From assembly GCA_963772455.1 (NCBI GenBank), contig CAVYXJ010000009.1, forward strand, positions 149,714 to 213,713: DNA of 64,000 bases. Direction: 5' to 3'. This DNA is from Candidatus Bathyarchaeota archaeon. Lineage in GTDB: Archaea; Thermoproteota; Bathyarchaeia; Bathyarchaeales; Bathycorpusculaceae. The number at the start of each line of letters is the position of its first letter. Within the stretch, counting starts at the first letter, position 1. The position numbers were made by a program, and so were the translations under genes. Under the pieces are notes generated by a model. That model worked only from the letters and a program-made list of their open reading frames with translations, made no database searches and was not told the DNA's origin. This document shows positions 52,226-63,778 of this stretch, one piece after another.

Positions 52226-53236
52226 TTAAATGCCACCAAGTTTCCATGGTGTTGGATGCAAAATGACTTCAGTTGCAAAAGGTGTCCACCAATGTTCGTT
52301 GTCAAGATACCACTTAACTGTTGACTCTAAGGATTTCTCAAAACTAAACTTTGGTTTCCAACCCAATTCAGTTCTGGTTTTTGTAGAATCTAAACTATAT
52401 CGGGTGTCATGTCCGGGGCGGTCTTCAACGAATGTTATTAGGCTTTCAGGCTTATGGAGCATACAAATTATTTTTTTGGCAATTTCAATGTTTGCAATTT
52501 CGTTTCCCGCTGAAACGTTATAGATTTCTCCTGCTTTGCCCTTCTCAAGTACAATACTCAAGGCTTCACAATGATCTTCCACATAAATCCAATCACGAAT
52601 ATTGGTTCCTTTCCCATAAATTGGAATGGGAAGATCTCTTAGGGCTCGGATAACGGTTTTGGGGATCAACTTTTCAGGAAGTTGGTAAGGTCCAAAGTTG
52701 TTTGTGCATCGTGTGATTGATACGTTTAAACCAAAAGTTTTATGGTATGATAATACGAACATGTCGGCGGCAGCTTTGGCAGCTGAGTAAGGATTAGAGG
52801 GTTTAGGAGGGGTGTTTTCTGTGAATGATCCTTCGAGTGCTTCACCATAAACCTCGTCGGTGGATACCTGAAGAAGTCGTGCTTTATGATTATGTCTTCT
52901 TATTGCTTCAAGAATTATGAAGGTGCCTACTGTGTTGTTTTGGAGGAATATGTTTGGGTCGGCGATGCTTCGATCGACATGAGTTTCTGCTGCAATGTTT
53001 ACAACTGCATCTACCTGATGAACTAAGCGATTCATGAGTTGTGGGTTACAAATATCGCCCTTGATGAAAGTGTAACGCTTATCATTCTCAATATCATGCA
53101 AATTCGCTGGGTTAGCACCTATGCCAATTTTATCTACATTTATTAATTCACAGTCAGGGTACTTTGCAAGCATTAGCCTGCAGAAGTTGCTTCCGATAAA
53201 TCCTAATCCGCCAGTAACTAACAGTTTCATATTCAT
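52226..53236 (-). CDS. rfbB: dTDP-glucose 4,6-dehydratase
   Basis: GGLGFIGS, AETHVDRS, STDEVYG and DRPGHD. Confidence 0.96.
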   Translation of the reverse strand: MNMKLLVTGGLGFIGSNFCRLMLAKYPDCELINVDKIGIGANPANLHDIENDKRYTFIKGDICNPQLMNRLVHQVDAVVNIAAETHVDRSIADPNIFLQNNTVGTFIILEAIRRHNHKARLLQVSTDEVYGEALEGSFTENTPPKPSNPYSAAKAAADMFVLSYHKTFGLNVSITRCTNNFGPYQLPEKLIPKTVIRALRDLPIPIYGKGTNIRDWIYVEDHCEALSIVLEKGKAGEIYNVSAGNEIANIEIAKKIICMLHKPESLITFVEDRPGHDTRYSLDSTKTRTELGWKPKFSFEKSLESTVKWYLDNEHWWTPFATEVILHPTPWKLGGI

Positions 53237-53739
53237 CACTTGTGAGGAAGATTGTTCCAATCCCATGGTTTACCAACACGAGCTTCATCTTTCTTGCCAT
53301 TAACGATTTTTGGAATGAGTGCTGGGTCATTCCATGGACGACGTTCTTCATCTGGGTTCGAAGCATCATATAGGTTAGTGGTGAAGTATAGAAGCATTGC
53401 AGGTTCGTTGCCTAACGCTTTAAAGCCATGCCAATAGTGCCCAGGCATACGAACAACTTGCAAATCTAATCCGCTTGAAATTACCTCATTAACTTCCGAG
53501 GTTTTCTCATCAAAAGCGCAGATTTTAATCAAACCTTTAAGCGCCAAAAAATAGTCTACTTGACCCTTAACATGTCGGTGCCAAGCCCGAATAACATCTG
53601 GATACGTAAACGAAAAGTTTGCTTGAGCAACAATATCTTCTCCAAAGAGATCCTTCCAATCCTTCCGCATAACTTCAGTGAAAAATCCTCTCTCATCTGA
53701 AATTCGCTTTATAGGTCTAATTTTTATCCCTTGTAACAT
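53236..53739 (-). CDS. rfbC: dTDP-4-dehydrorhamnose 3,5-epimerase
   Basis: DERGFF, RAWH and WHGF. Confidence 0.92.
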   Translation of the reverse strand: MLQGIKIRPIKRISDERGFFTEVMRKDWKDLFGEDIVAQANFSFTYPDVIRAWHRHVKGQVDYFLALKGLIKICAFDEKTSEVNEVISSGLDLQVVRMPGHYWHGFKALGNEPAMLLYFTTNLYDASNPDEERRPWNDPALIPKIVNGKKDEARVGKPWDWNNLPHK

Positions 53740-53807
53740 AAGTTATCCCTTGTTTACCTTCAAACATATCAATTTAAAAACTTTATAAATAGTTCCTTTT
53801 TCGAGTG

Positions 53808-54866
53808 TTAAACCTCGATTTCTGAGAAATCTCCCACATGTAGCTTTATTGTTCTGTTCCTCTGGTTACGAGTCACTTTAGCGTTTTTGCCAATCAAACT
53901 GTCCTCGAGCCGCTCAACATCCTTAACAGTTACACAATCTTGCACAACGCAATATTCAAGGTTAGAATTATAGATCTTTGAGCCATCTCCAATGCTTGTG
54001 TACGGACCGATGAATGAGTTTTCAATTAAAACACCTTTGCCAATCACACAAGGTCCCCGAACTACGCTGTCCGAGATCTTTGCTTCTTCCCCAACTTTAA
54101 CCCTACCATCTACTGTACTGTTAATCACAGTTCCTTTAATGTCACGTTGAATATATGCATCCAGAATTTTTGCATTAGCAGATAGAATGTCGTCTTTTTT
54201 GCCTGTATCAAGCCACCATGAATTCAAGATTTCAGCTTTAACAGAAAAGCCCATGTTGATCATTTCTTGGATGGCATCTGTAATTTCTAGTTCCCCTCGC
54301 CAAGAAGGTTTGATTCTTTCTATGGCAGCGTGTACTTTGTTAGAAAATAGGTAAGTTCCTATAATAGCTAAATTGCCCATGGGAGTCTTAGGTTTCTCCA
54401 CTAGCCGGGTAATATTGCCTTTTTCATCTAATTGAGCGATTCCAAAACTTGATGGGTTATCGACTTCTTTTAGAATTATGAGTGCATCAAGATGCTCTTT
54501 CTTGAATTTTTTGACGAATGGTTCTAAACCTTGACCTGTTACGTTATCACCCAAACACATGACAAAAGAATCCTGACCTAGAAAACGTTTAGCTGTTCTG
54601 ACTGCGTGTGCTAATCCAAGAGGTTCTTGGGGAATATAAGAAACCATGAGATTCCAGCTAGATCCGTCTTTAACGTAATCTTGAACGAACTGACCGGTTT
54701 CGTGTGCAGTGATTATTCCGACTTTTTTTATTGTGGTTGACGCTACTTGGTCAAGAACGTATCCCAATATGGGTTTGTTTGCTACGGGAATTAGTTGTTT
54801 GGCGCAGGTGAATGTTAGAGGTCTAAGCCTGGTGCCTTTTCCGCCGCTTAAGACAAGTGCTTTCAT
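53808..54866 (-). CDS. rfbA: Glucose-1-phosphate thymidylyltransferase (long form)
   Basis: GGKGTRLRP, KQLIPVANKP and SWRGELEITDA. Confidence 0.95.
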   Translation of the reverse strand: MKALVLSGGKGTRLRPLTFTCAKQLIPVANKPILGYVLDQVASTTIKKVGIITAHETGQFVQDYVKDGSSWNLMVSYIPQEPLGLAHAVRTAKRFLGQDSFVMCLGDNVTGQGLEPFVKKFKKEHLDALIILKEVDNPSSFGIAQLDEKGNITRLVEKPKTPMGNLAIIGTYLFSNKVHAAIERIKPSWRGELEITDAIQEMINMGFSVKAEILNSWWLDTGKKDDILSANAKILDAYIQRDIKGTVINSTVDGRVKVGEEAKISDSVVRGPCVIGKGVLIENSFIGPYTSIGDGSKIYNSNLEYCVVQDCVTVKDVERLEDSLIGKNAKVTRNQRNRTIKLHVGDFSEIEV

Positions 54867-54943
54867 GGTGATCCTTAGCTCTTTAGTTAAAACTCGGTAT
54901 TATTATTTGCTGTATAGAGAAAAAATATTTTCAATCGATAAGG

Positions 54944-54967
54944 TGTTGTTGTAACTGTACAATCACA
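54944..54967. promoter_or_regulatory. Third operator candidate TGTTGTTG-N8-CAATCACA
   Basis: Right half identical to the other two sites; preceded by ATAAGG, as at 45857-45862. Confidence 0.45.
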
Positions 54968-55053
54968 TAATTCTATTAGCAAATCATTACATTACAATAT
55001 TAGGTTACTCGTTTGCTAAGCATGGAGAAAGAGAAAATGGAAAATCTAAAGAA

Positions 55054-55227
55054 ATGTTGTTTGCCTCTTTGATTAACCGAAAAACAATTTGCAAATTTAC
55101 TTCTACATGCAGTCTCTATTCAAACGCAAGTTATACATGCACCCATACTGGGGGAAATTATTGTGGCAAATATAGAAAATTAAGCAGTCCAGCAGAAAAC
55201 GTTAGAGCAAAGTCGATATTTGACTAG
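55054..55227 (+). CDS. 57-aa Cys4 microprotein
   Basis: MLFASLINRKTICKFTSTCSLYSNASYTCTHTGGNYCGKYRKLSSPAENVRAKSIFD (C-x5-C-x9-C-x7-C). Confidence 0.65.
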   Translation: MLFASLINRKTICKFTSTCSLYSNASYTCTHTGGNYCGKYRKLSSPAENVRAKSIFD

Positions 55228-55286
55228 CGATTTCGCAGTAAACCAACTATTTTTTAAGTTAGGTTTTTATTAACCATTTTCTTCTT

Positions 55287-56879
55287 TTAAGGTTTATTTT
55301 TATGGAAAATGTCCATTAGCTTCTCGACTCATATTAAGCACTAAAACTAGTGGTTTTCGTAGAGGGTCCTAGGGCATTAATTATTTGTCGAATGTTTACC
55401 AAGATCAGCCTTGATTAAAGTTCTAGTAATTACGGATAAAAGTAGATAGGCAATCACGAAAATAATTACACCGACGATTAATCGTATTAGACTGCCAAAG
55501 GGAATTGACTGATCATTACAAAATAAGTTAAGATTGCTGCAGTACCTGATGAAAACACGATTTTTGCAGAAGATACCCAATCTATGGAAACCCCAAAATT
55601 CTTCTTAATGAAGCGTAAACTTAAAAACAGACTTGGAAGCCCGACAACTATGGTAGTAACTATTAAACCGATAATTCCGAATTGAGAAATTAACACATAA
55701 CTTAATGGAAAACCGATTACGACTGTTACCAATGTTAGTTTTAAGTTGTATTTTGTGAATCCTTGGCTGTTTATTAGATTGCTTACGCTTAGACTGCCAA
55801 GAGCAGTTAAGAGATAAGTTATCGCGGATAAAGCTAGGTATAAAGGTGCTTGTTCATACTTGCCTTCAAATATTGTACTAATCGCAGGTTGGGCAAGGGC
55901 CATAACCATCGCTGTTACTGGAACAACTACAAGAGTGGCATATTTTACTGAATATTGAAATACAGTCTGCAGAAGTTCCCGCTCTTTTTTTGCATCCAAT
56001 TTTGAGAAGGCAGGAAACAACATAGTTGTCACCGGAGTTGCGAAGAAAGTAATGAGAACTACAAAGTTCAAGGATACAGAATAGTTGCCTATCAAAGAGT
56101 TGTCAGTTACGAAAATGTAAATTATAGTACTGTAGAATTGAGTAAGAAAACCACCTAAAATGCCGCCTATGGATAATGGTAATCCATATTTGAGCATTAT
56201 CTTGGTCGTTTTAATAAATTCTAACTTTCCTTCTGGCGGTTTTGGTAGAGCTCGGTACATTACATATATTAGCAAAACTCCAGTAACTCCAGCAACTAAG
56301 ACTCCTAAGGAGAACCCAATTACTGCACCAAGTGTTCCAAAACCTAAAATCACTAGGGCAAGTATAAGGCCAGTTTTAACTAATGATTGAACAACCAGCA
56401 TTATGCTGTTTAGATGCATCTTTTCTAGACCAGTGAAAGCTGCACTTGCTGTATTCAATAGTGCCCCGGTTAAGATGAACAATGAAGCTATTTGAATTAA
56501 TTGAACTATTGCTGGACGTCCGTAGAAGTCTGCTAAGAATTTGAGAGAATATCAAGGAAAGTACTGAGAGTGAAACACCTACAATGATTTCGAATGCTGT
56601 TCCTGAGACAAAGACGCTTCTTATTTTCGCCACGTTATTTTCGCTGTAGTATTCTGCAGAATATTTAATCATGGCTGTGTTTATTCCCCAATCTCTGAAG
56701 ATTGAAATTAGGTTGGGGGCAGCTAGGGCAATGGCATATAAGCCGTAGTTGTCTGAGCCTAGAAGTCTGGCAATAATAATTGTTCCAACAGCCGAGATGA
56801 CTGTAGATAGGACCAGTCCCCAAAGTAGGTGAAAGCCGCCTTTGGCTGAAACCCTCGCCATCTCTGAAGCCTTAGACAT
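55287..56879 (-). CDS. Oligosaccharide flippase (Wzx/MOP family), several frameshifts
   Basis: ARLLGSDNYG, DWGINTA and LFPAFS motifs in consecutive multi-TM ORF pieces; 3' end approximate. Confidence 0.85.
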
Positions 56880-57368
56880 TATCTTCTTCTCAGCAGTTTA
56901 TGTTAGCTTACTGTTGGTGAAGATGTGCTCTTTATCAGTTTTGGTTTATGAATAAGAATTAACATAATTTTTGACAACTAAAAAATAGATATGGTTGGAT
57001 GTTTATTTTATCTTGTTTTGTGTGGTTGTGGGTTTTTTGGGTGCCACTTCTTTTAGGTTAAGGTTTTTGTTTGCTTTGGGTTTGGGTTTGTTTTGTTTGC
57101 GTTTGGTTTTGGTGTAGGATATTTTTACTTCACCAATATGTTGTTTTTCCTGGTTACTGGAGTGGACTATGTTGGTGTTAGCTGGTCGAACATATTGCAG
57201 GATAAATTCTCTACTCATTGCTGCAAAGAACAGAATTGCGACAAACTTACTATATTACTTTGAATAAAAACAAGACAAAATATCAAAACTATAAAGTAGT
57301 TAAGGTCGCTACTTTGAGGAAATTGTTCCTTAAAAATTAGTGCAATATTGGATAAAAAAAATTAAAGG

Positions 57369-58710
57369 TCATTTTCCAAGACCTAAAGCTACAAATTGCA
57401 TTTTCGTTTTAAAGTCTCTGGGTTAAAGATTCTTCTTCCATCAATTAGTATTGGTTGATTCATGTTTTTTGTGAAGTCTTCTGGAGTTAATTTTTTGAAT
57501 TCGTCCCATTCTGTAACGATGATGCAGGCATCAGCATCTTTTATGCATTCAAACGCTGATTTAGTATACTGGATTTTGTCTTCAAAGATGGTCTTTGCAA
57601 CAGATATCGCTACTGGGTCATAAGCCACAACTTTTGCGCCTTCTTTTAGTAGCTGGTTAACTATTGGGATGACTCGTGCTTCACGCATATCGTCAGTGTC
57701 AGGTTTGAAAGCTAATCCTAAAATTGCGATTCTTTTGCCCTCCAGACTGCCAAGCCTTTGCCTGCAGAACTCCACAGCTTTTAGGGGCTGGGTTTTGTTA
57801 ACCTCTTCAACGGCATCCAACAACTCTGGTTTGTAACCGTGTTTTTTTGATGAAGCAATTAGGGCTTTAACATCTTTAGGAAAACAGGAGCCTCCATAGC
57901 CTAAGCCAGCATCCAAGAAAAGTGGACCAATACGTTTGTCTAATCCCATCGCTTTTGCAACGACTTTCACGTCGGCTCCCGGAATTTGCTCGCAGATGTT
58001 AGCTATCGTGTTGATGTAGCTTATTTTTGTTGCAAGCATTGCGTTGCTAGCATACTTGATGAGTTCGGCTGTGGAGAGAGTGGTTCTAATTATCGGAGGC
58101 AGTCAGCGGGGTGTAGTAATCCTCTGTATAGATCCTCTAAAACTTCACCTGAACGATTATCATACGAGCCAATGACAACCCGATCAGCGTTAACTGTATC
58201 TTGAAAAGCTGAACCTTGACGCAGAAATTCTGGATTCATACATAAACCAAAGTCGGCGCCGCATTTTTTCCCAGACACTTTTTCAAGAATTGGTTTCACA
58301 GTGTCTTGTGTTGTTCCGGGAACAACTGTGCTTTTAATTATGACGACATGGTATGAGCTTTTATTTTTGAGCGCTTTACCGATGTTTTGTGAAGCAGATT
58401 CTATGTATTTGAGGTCTATGCTGCCATCTGACTTGCTTGGGGTGCCAACTGCGACGAACGTTACATCTGTCTCGTCAATCACTTTTTGTGTTTGGTTTAC
58501 TACACCCTTTAATTTGCCCTTACGGATGCAGTCTGAGAGTTTTTCTTCAAGTTCAGGCTCATGAAAAGGGGGAATCCCCTTATTTATCTTATCAATCTTC
58601 TGGTCATCTAGGTCACAAGCAAGAACACTATAGCTTTTGCTTGCAAAACCAACTGCGGTACATAAACCGACGTAGCCAACTCCTATAACTGAGATTTTTG
58701 GTCTAATCAA
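57369..58710 (-). CDS. UDP-glucose/GDP-mannose dehydrogenase family protein (frameshifted)
   Basis: GVGYVG, VGTP, KSTV, NPEFL, GYGGSCFPKD, FKPDTDD and DGR. Confidence 0.92.
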
Positions 58711-58799
58711 GGGACAAACGTCTCCTGTGGGTATGATAATTCAGATAAGTTCTTACATTAAATATATATGGATTATACAAGAATTGGAGAAAAGGGTTC

Positions 58800-59678
58800 A
58801 TGATGGTTCGTAAGGTAATAATTCCCGCTGCAGGTTTGGGGACCCGCCTATTCCCCGCTACCAAAGAGCAACCCAAAGAAATGCTTCCAATCTTCTCAAG
58901 ATCTACCAATGGTAACATGTTAGTGAAACCTGTTGTTCAACTGGTTTTTGAGCAATTACATGATGCTGGACTTAGAGAATTCTGCTACGTTGTAGGCAGA
59001 GGAAAAAGAGGAATAGAAGACCATTTCACTCCCGACATGAATTGTATAAAAAACCTCGCGGAGATGGGAAAAAATGGTCAAGCAACTGATTTGGAGGAAT
59101 TTTATGAGAAACTTGACACTTCTACTTCTATGTGGGTTAATCAGTCTGAACCAAAAGGATTTGGAAACGCGGTTTTGATGGCTCAGCCTTTCGTGCAAAA
59201 CGAAAGTTGCTTAGTTCACGCTGGAGACAGCTGCATAATCTCCGAAAATATGGATTACGTTAAAAAGCTCCTTGAAGCTTTCGATGGACTTAATGCGGAT
59301 GCAGCTTTTCTTGTGTTAGAGATTGAAAATCCTAAGCAGTACGGAATTGTTGAAGGGGACGAAGTAGAACCTGGAATATTAAAGTGCAAACGAGTTGTCG
59401 AGAAACCTGAAAAACCCAAGACAAACTTAGCAATTATGGCAATGTACGTTTTCCACCCAATTATTTTCAAAGCATTAGAAGCAACTAAGCCCAGGAAAAA
59501 ACGGGGAAATTCAGCTTAACCGATGCCATCCAAAACTCATTGACTGGGGATTAAAAGTCTACGCTGTAAAGTTGATAAAAACTATATCACATTTGGATAT
59601 TGGAAGCCCAGAAAGATATTGGGAAGCGTTAGAGTTGTCGTATAAGCAATTCTGCAAGAGGCCAACCCATGATGGATG
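58800..59678 (+). CDS. UTP-glucose-1-phosphate uridylyltransferase (GalU-like), C-terminal frameshifts
   Basis: [22 protein letters not shown] and VEKP, then GEIQLTDAI and LDIGSPE in other frames. Confidence 0.88.
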
Positions 59679-60680
59679 ACATTATGAGCGAAGACGTTGA
59701 AAGGATTAAAGAGCATAGTCAAAGGCGACCTTTTCACAGGAAAGAAAGTCTTGTTACAGGCGGCGCTGGCTTTATCGGCAGTTGGCTTTGTGATGTTCTA
59801 ATAGGTTTTGGCGCCGAAGTAACAGTTATAGATGATTTGTCCACTGGAAGAATAAAAAACATAGAACACTTGGACAAAAATGCAAAAAAATCAAATTTGT
59901 GCAGTCAGATGTTTGCACTTTAAGAGCCAAGAAAAATTTGATTTCATTTTCACATGGCTGGTCATGCATCTCCTGACGAGTACCAAGCACACCCAATTGA
60001 GACACTGCAGACAAGTGCATATGGGTACATTCATGATGGCAGAATTAGCAAGAAAAAACGATGCAACATTGTTGTTTTCTTCAACCTCAGAAACTTATGG
60101 AGATACAGAAGTAATTCCTACACCTGAGACTTACTGGGGAAAAGTAAACCCGATTGGTCCGCGGTCATGCTACGATGAGGGGAAACGTTTTGCTGAAGCG
60201 CTACTTATGGCTTATAGTAAGCAACACGGATTAGATGTTCGGGTTCCGAGAATTTTTAATTCGTATGGCCCCCGACTAAGGGAAGATGGTTTGTACGGTA
60301 GAGCCCTGTCTCGTTTTATTTTGCAAGCGTTAACTAATCAGCCTATCACGGTCTACGGTGACGGAAAACAGACACGTTCTTTCTGTTACGTAACAGACAC
60401 AGTAACTGGATTAATGCTTCTGACTATAAATCCCAAAGCTAAAGGAGAGGTTGTAAACGTGGGCAACACCAAAGAATTCACGATATTAGAGTTGGCTCAG
60501 AAGATTAAGGATGCAACAAAATGCAAATCAAACATAGAGTTCTTCCCGCTGCCTAAAGACGACCCCAAAAGACGGTGTCCAGACACAAGCAAACTTGAAG
60601 AACTGGTTGGTTGGCAACCGAACGTAGAGTTTGAGGAAGGATTAAAAAGAACGGTTCTGTGGTTTTCTAATAAAATTTAA
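59669..60680 (+). CDS. UDP-glucuronate decarboxylase (UXS)-like SDR, frameshifted
   Basis: [34 protein letters not shown] and DDPKRRCPD. Confidence 0.88.
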
Positions 60681-60696
60681 AAATATTTTTTTTGTT

Positions 60697-61451
60697 TCAG
60701 ACTACTCTCGCAACCACAGCCATATTCCAAACCGTCTCATCAACCACACCAGAGAAATTATTGGAAAGGACAAATCTTCAAAATCTCAAACCCCGCCTTC
60801 TCAAGAAACAATCTAATCTCTTGCGGAAAATAAAAACGGACACAGTGACTTTCACTAAACTCTTGCAACAATTTTGTTTTTTTGCTCTAGAACCGAGTAA
60901 GTAAAATCCACCTCACAAAGATGATTAAAAGACTTCAAGAAAGGGAGTGCAACTCTGACAACTTTGCAGCTCTCGTCTTCAACTTCCTTTACTCTGGTCT
61001 CAGGGAGAGTTCTCATAACCGCTAATCCATTCCACACATCAAAAACTAACAATCCACCCTTTTTTAGATGAGCGCGAATGTTGCAGAGAGCACTTATAAC
61101 ATCCGAGTTCTCAACTACGTATCCCATCACGGCGAACATGGCAATGCAAGCATCAAACTTGCGACCCAAAGAGAAACTCCGTAAATCCCCAATTTGAAAA
61201 TCACAATGGCATTTTTTCTTTGCCGCATAAATCATTTTTTCCGAAATGTCCAACCCAGAAACATCGTAACCTCTTTCACAAAAAATTCGAGTGTAATTTC
61301 CTGTGCCGCATCCAACTTCAAGTATGCTTGTGGGCTTGCCAAAAGTTGAAAAAACTTTCTCGACAAAATCAGCTTCCAATTCATAATTCTTGTCTTTGTA
61401 GAGCAAATCATAGAACTCAGCCGAAAAATCGAAACAGCTTCCAGATTTCAA
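60697..61451 (-). CDS. Class I SAM-dependent methyltransferase (sugar N/O-methyltransferase-like), frameshifted
   Basis: YDLLYKDKNY..E, EVGCGTG and GGLLVFD; the C-terminus continues in other frames. Confidence 0.85.
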
Positions 61452-61471
61452 TAGGCATTCCTTCTAATTAT

Positions 61472-62524
61472 CTATCCAAACTCTGATATATTAGAGATAA
61501 TCTTGCTCTCGTCAGGGTAACAGGAAGCATCCCAGGGGAAACTTTCACCTTTTTGCCAACGCTCCCAACGACTAAGATCCTCTTTTACCATAATCTTTAC
61601 GAGTTCATCAAAATTCACAGTGGGTTTCCAACCAAACTCTTTGTTTGCTTTCGAAAAATCGCCACGCAAAAACTTGACATCCAAAGGCCGCATAAACTTG
61701 GGATCTACTTTCACATGTTTTTGCCAATCCAAACCAACAACCTCAAAGGCTTTCTCAGCAAACTCCTTTACAGAATGAGCCTCATTAGTCGCTACAACAT
61801 AGTCACCAGGCTTTTTTTGTTGCAACATCATCCACATGGAAGTAACGTAATCAGGAGCATACCCCCAATCTCTGTGCACATCAAGATTCCCCACAGAAAC
61901 TTCTTTATCTAAACCCAAGGCAATCTTCGCAGCAGCATTTGATAATTTTCTAGTAACAAACTCTAGACCTCTTAATGGACTCTCGTGATTAAACAAAATC
62001 CCATTGCAGGCAAAAAAATTGTAACCTTCTCGATAAATCTTGGTTACCCAATAAGCATAGAGCTTAGCAGCTGCATAGGGGCTTGAAGGCTTAAAAGCAG
62101 AATCCTCAGTTAGGCTAACACAATGCCCATTGCCATACAGCTCGCTTGTGGAAGCCTGATAAAACCTTATCTTTGGATTAACATGCCTGATAGCCTCTAA
62201 AATCCTCGTAACACCTATACCAGTAATCTCTGAGGTGCTGATAGGCTGCTCGAAAGATGTTCCGACAAAACTTTGAGCGGCTAAGTTGTAGATTTCCTCG
62301 AGGTCATTTATCTTAATAACCTCGATAATTGAAGACGAATCTGCCAAGTCAGCGGAATATAAATTAATTCTATCAAAGATGCCAAGAGCTTGCAGTCTCC
62401 AAAAATTCGGTGTTGATAACCTTCTGAAAGTTCCAAATACTTCATACCCTTTATCCAACAGTAATTTAGCTAAATAAGCCCCATCCTGACCAGTAATCCC
62501 AGTAATCAAAGCGCGCTTAGCCAT
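61472..62524 (-). CDS. gmd: GDP-mannose 4,6-dehydratase
   Basis: GITGQDGAYL, LAAQSFV, FNHESPLRG..FVTRK and RDWG. Confidence 0.97.
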   Translation of the reverse strand: MAKRALITGITGQDGAYLAKLLLDKGYEVFGTFRRLSTPNFWRLQALGIFDRINLYSADLADSSSIIEVIKINDLEEIYNLAAQSFVGTSFEQPISTSEITGIGVTRILEAIRHVNPKIRFYQASTSELYGNGHCVSLTEDSAFKPSSPYAAAKLYAYWVTKIYREGYNFFACNGILFNHESPLRGLEFVTRKLSNAAAKIALGLDKEVSVGNLDVHRDWGYAPDYVTSMWMMLQQKKPGDYVVATNEAHSVKEFAEKAFEVVGLDWQKHVKVDPKFMRPLDVKFLRGDFSKANKEFGWKPTVNFDELVKIMVKEDLSRWERWQKGESFPWDASCYPDESKIISNISEFG

Positions 62525-62630
62525 CTTAACCCAATTCTTCAGATTTTATTTATGGTGAACAAATTTAACATTTTCCTTAATTAAGCTCATTTAGATAATT
62601 CGCTTAACCAAGGAGCAAATATCCAAAAAA

Positions 62631-63744
62631 CTAAGAACTAATATCGGCAATTGATTTACAGACATACTTTATTTCTTCTCGTGTTAGCCCTGAACTCGAA
62701 GGCAAATACAGCCCTTTCTTCGATAAACTCTCGGCAACTGGATACTTTTCGTACTTCAAATAGGTTCATGTTCCTAAAAACTGGTTGCTCATTCATGGTA
62801 GTAAAAAAAGGTCTAGTCTCGACGCCTCTTTTAGCTAATTCGTCAATCAATCCATCTCGACTCAAACCAAACTCAGGCTCAACCAGAACAGAGAACATCC
62901 AATAAACACTCTTAGCCCAATCCTTTTCCACAGGCAATCGAATTCCAGGAACTCCACTCAAAAACTCCTCGTAGATCTGTGCATTCTTTCGTCTCATATT
63001 GACAAATTCATCTATGTGCTCAAACTGCGCTAAACCAACCGCCGCTTGAAGATTAGTCAACCTGTAATTGTAACCCACTTCAGAATGAAGGTAAACCCTC
63101 CCTTTCCACCTTCAAAAGACAGATTCTTAAGAGACTTCGCGTGTGTGGCTATTGCTTCATCGTTTGTAACCATCATGCCGCCTTCTCCGCATGTGATTAT
63201 TTTATTCGCATAGAAACTAAAGCAGCCAATATCACCTATCCCACCGGTTTTCTGTCCTTTATATTCTGCTCCGTGGGCTTCCGCCGCGTCTTCAATTACA
63301 GTTAATCCGTGTTTCTTGGCGATTTTTAGAATAGGGTCCATATTGCAGGGGTGACCGTAGATGTGAACAGGCATTATTGCTTTGGTTTTTTCAGATACCT
63401 TCTCTTCTATTTGGTCAACGTCGATATTCCATGTCTCTGGGTCAGCATCTGCAAGGACAGGTTTGGCTCCACTGTAAATTATTGGAAAAACAGAGCTAAT
63501 CATAGTGAAAGCGGGTACTATAACTTCGTCGCCTTTTTTTAGTCCTATTGACTCCAAAGCTAAATGTATGCTGGATGTTCCGTTTGTTGTGGTTACACCA
63601 TATTTGCAGTTGCAGTATTCAGAAAATTTTTTCTCGAACTCATCCACATAGCGGCGTTTGGAAGAAATCCAGTTAGTATCTACGCACTCTTTGAGGTACT
63701 CAAGCTCTTTTCCCTTCAACAGTGGAACGCATACAGGGAATCAT
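62631..63744 (-). CDS. DegT/DnrJ aminotransferase (perosamine synthase-like), frameshifted
   Basis: VHIYG, IEDAAEAHG, SFYANKIITCGEGG and GYNYRLTNLQAA; adjacent to gmd. Confidence 0.88.
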
Positions 63745-63778
63745 TCAATCACTCAACTCGGCACTTTTTATTACTCTA

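Noticed and set aside
57003-57218. 71-aa Lys/Asn-rich ORF, possibly a GT2 glycosyltransferase remnant (IGEVKISY)
   Set aside because: Low complexity with only one weak motif.
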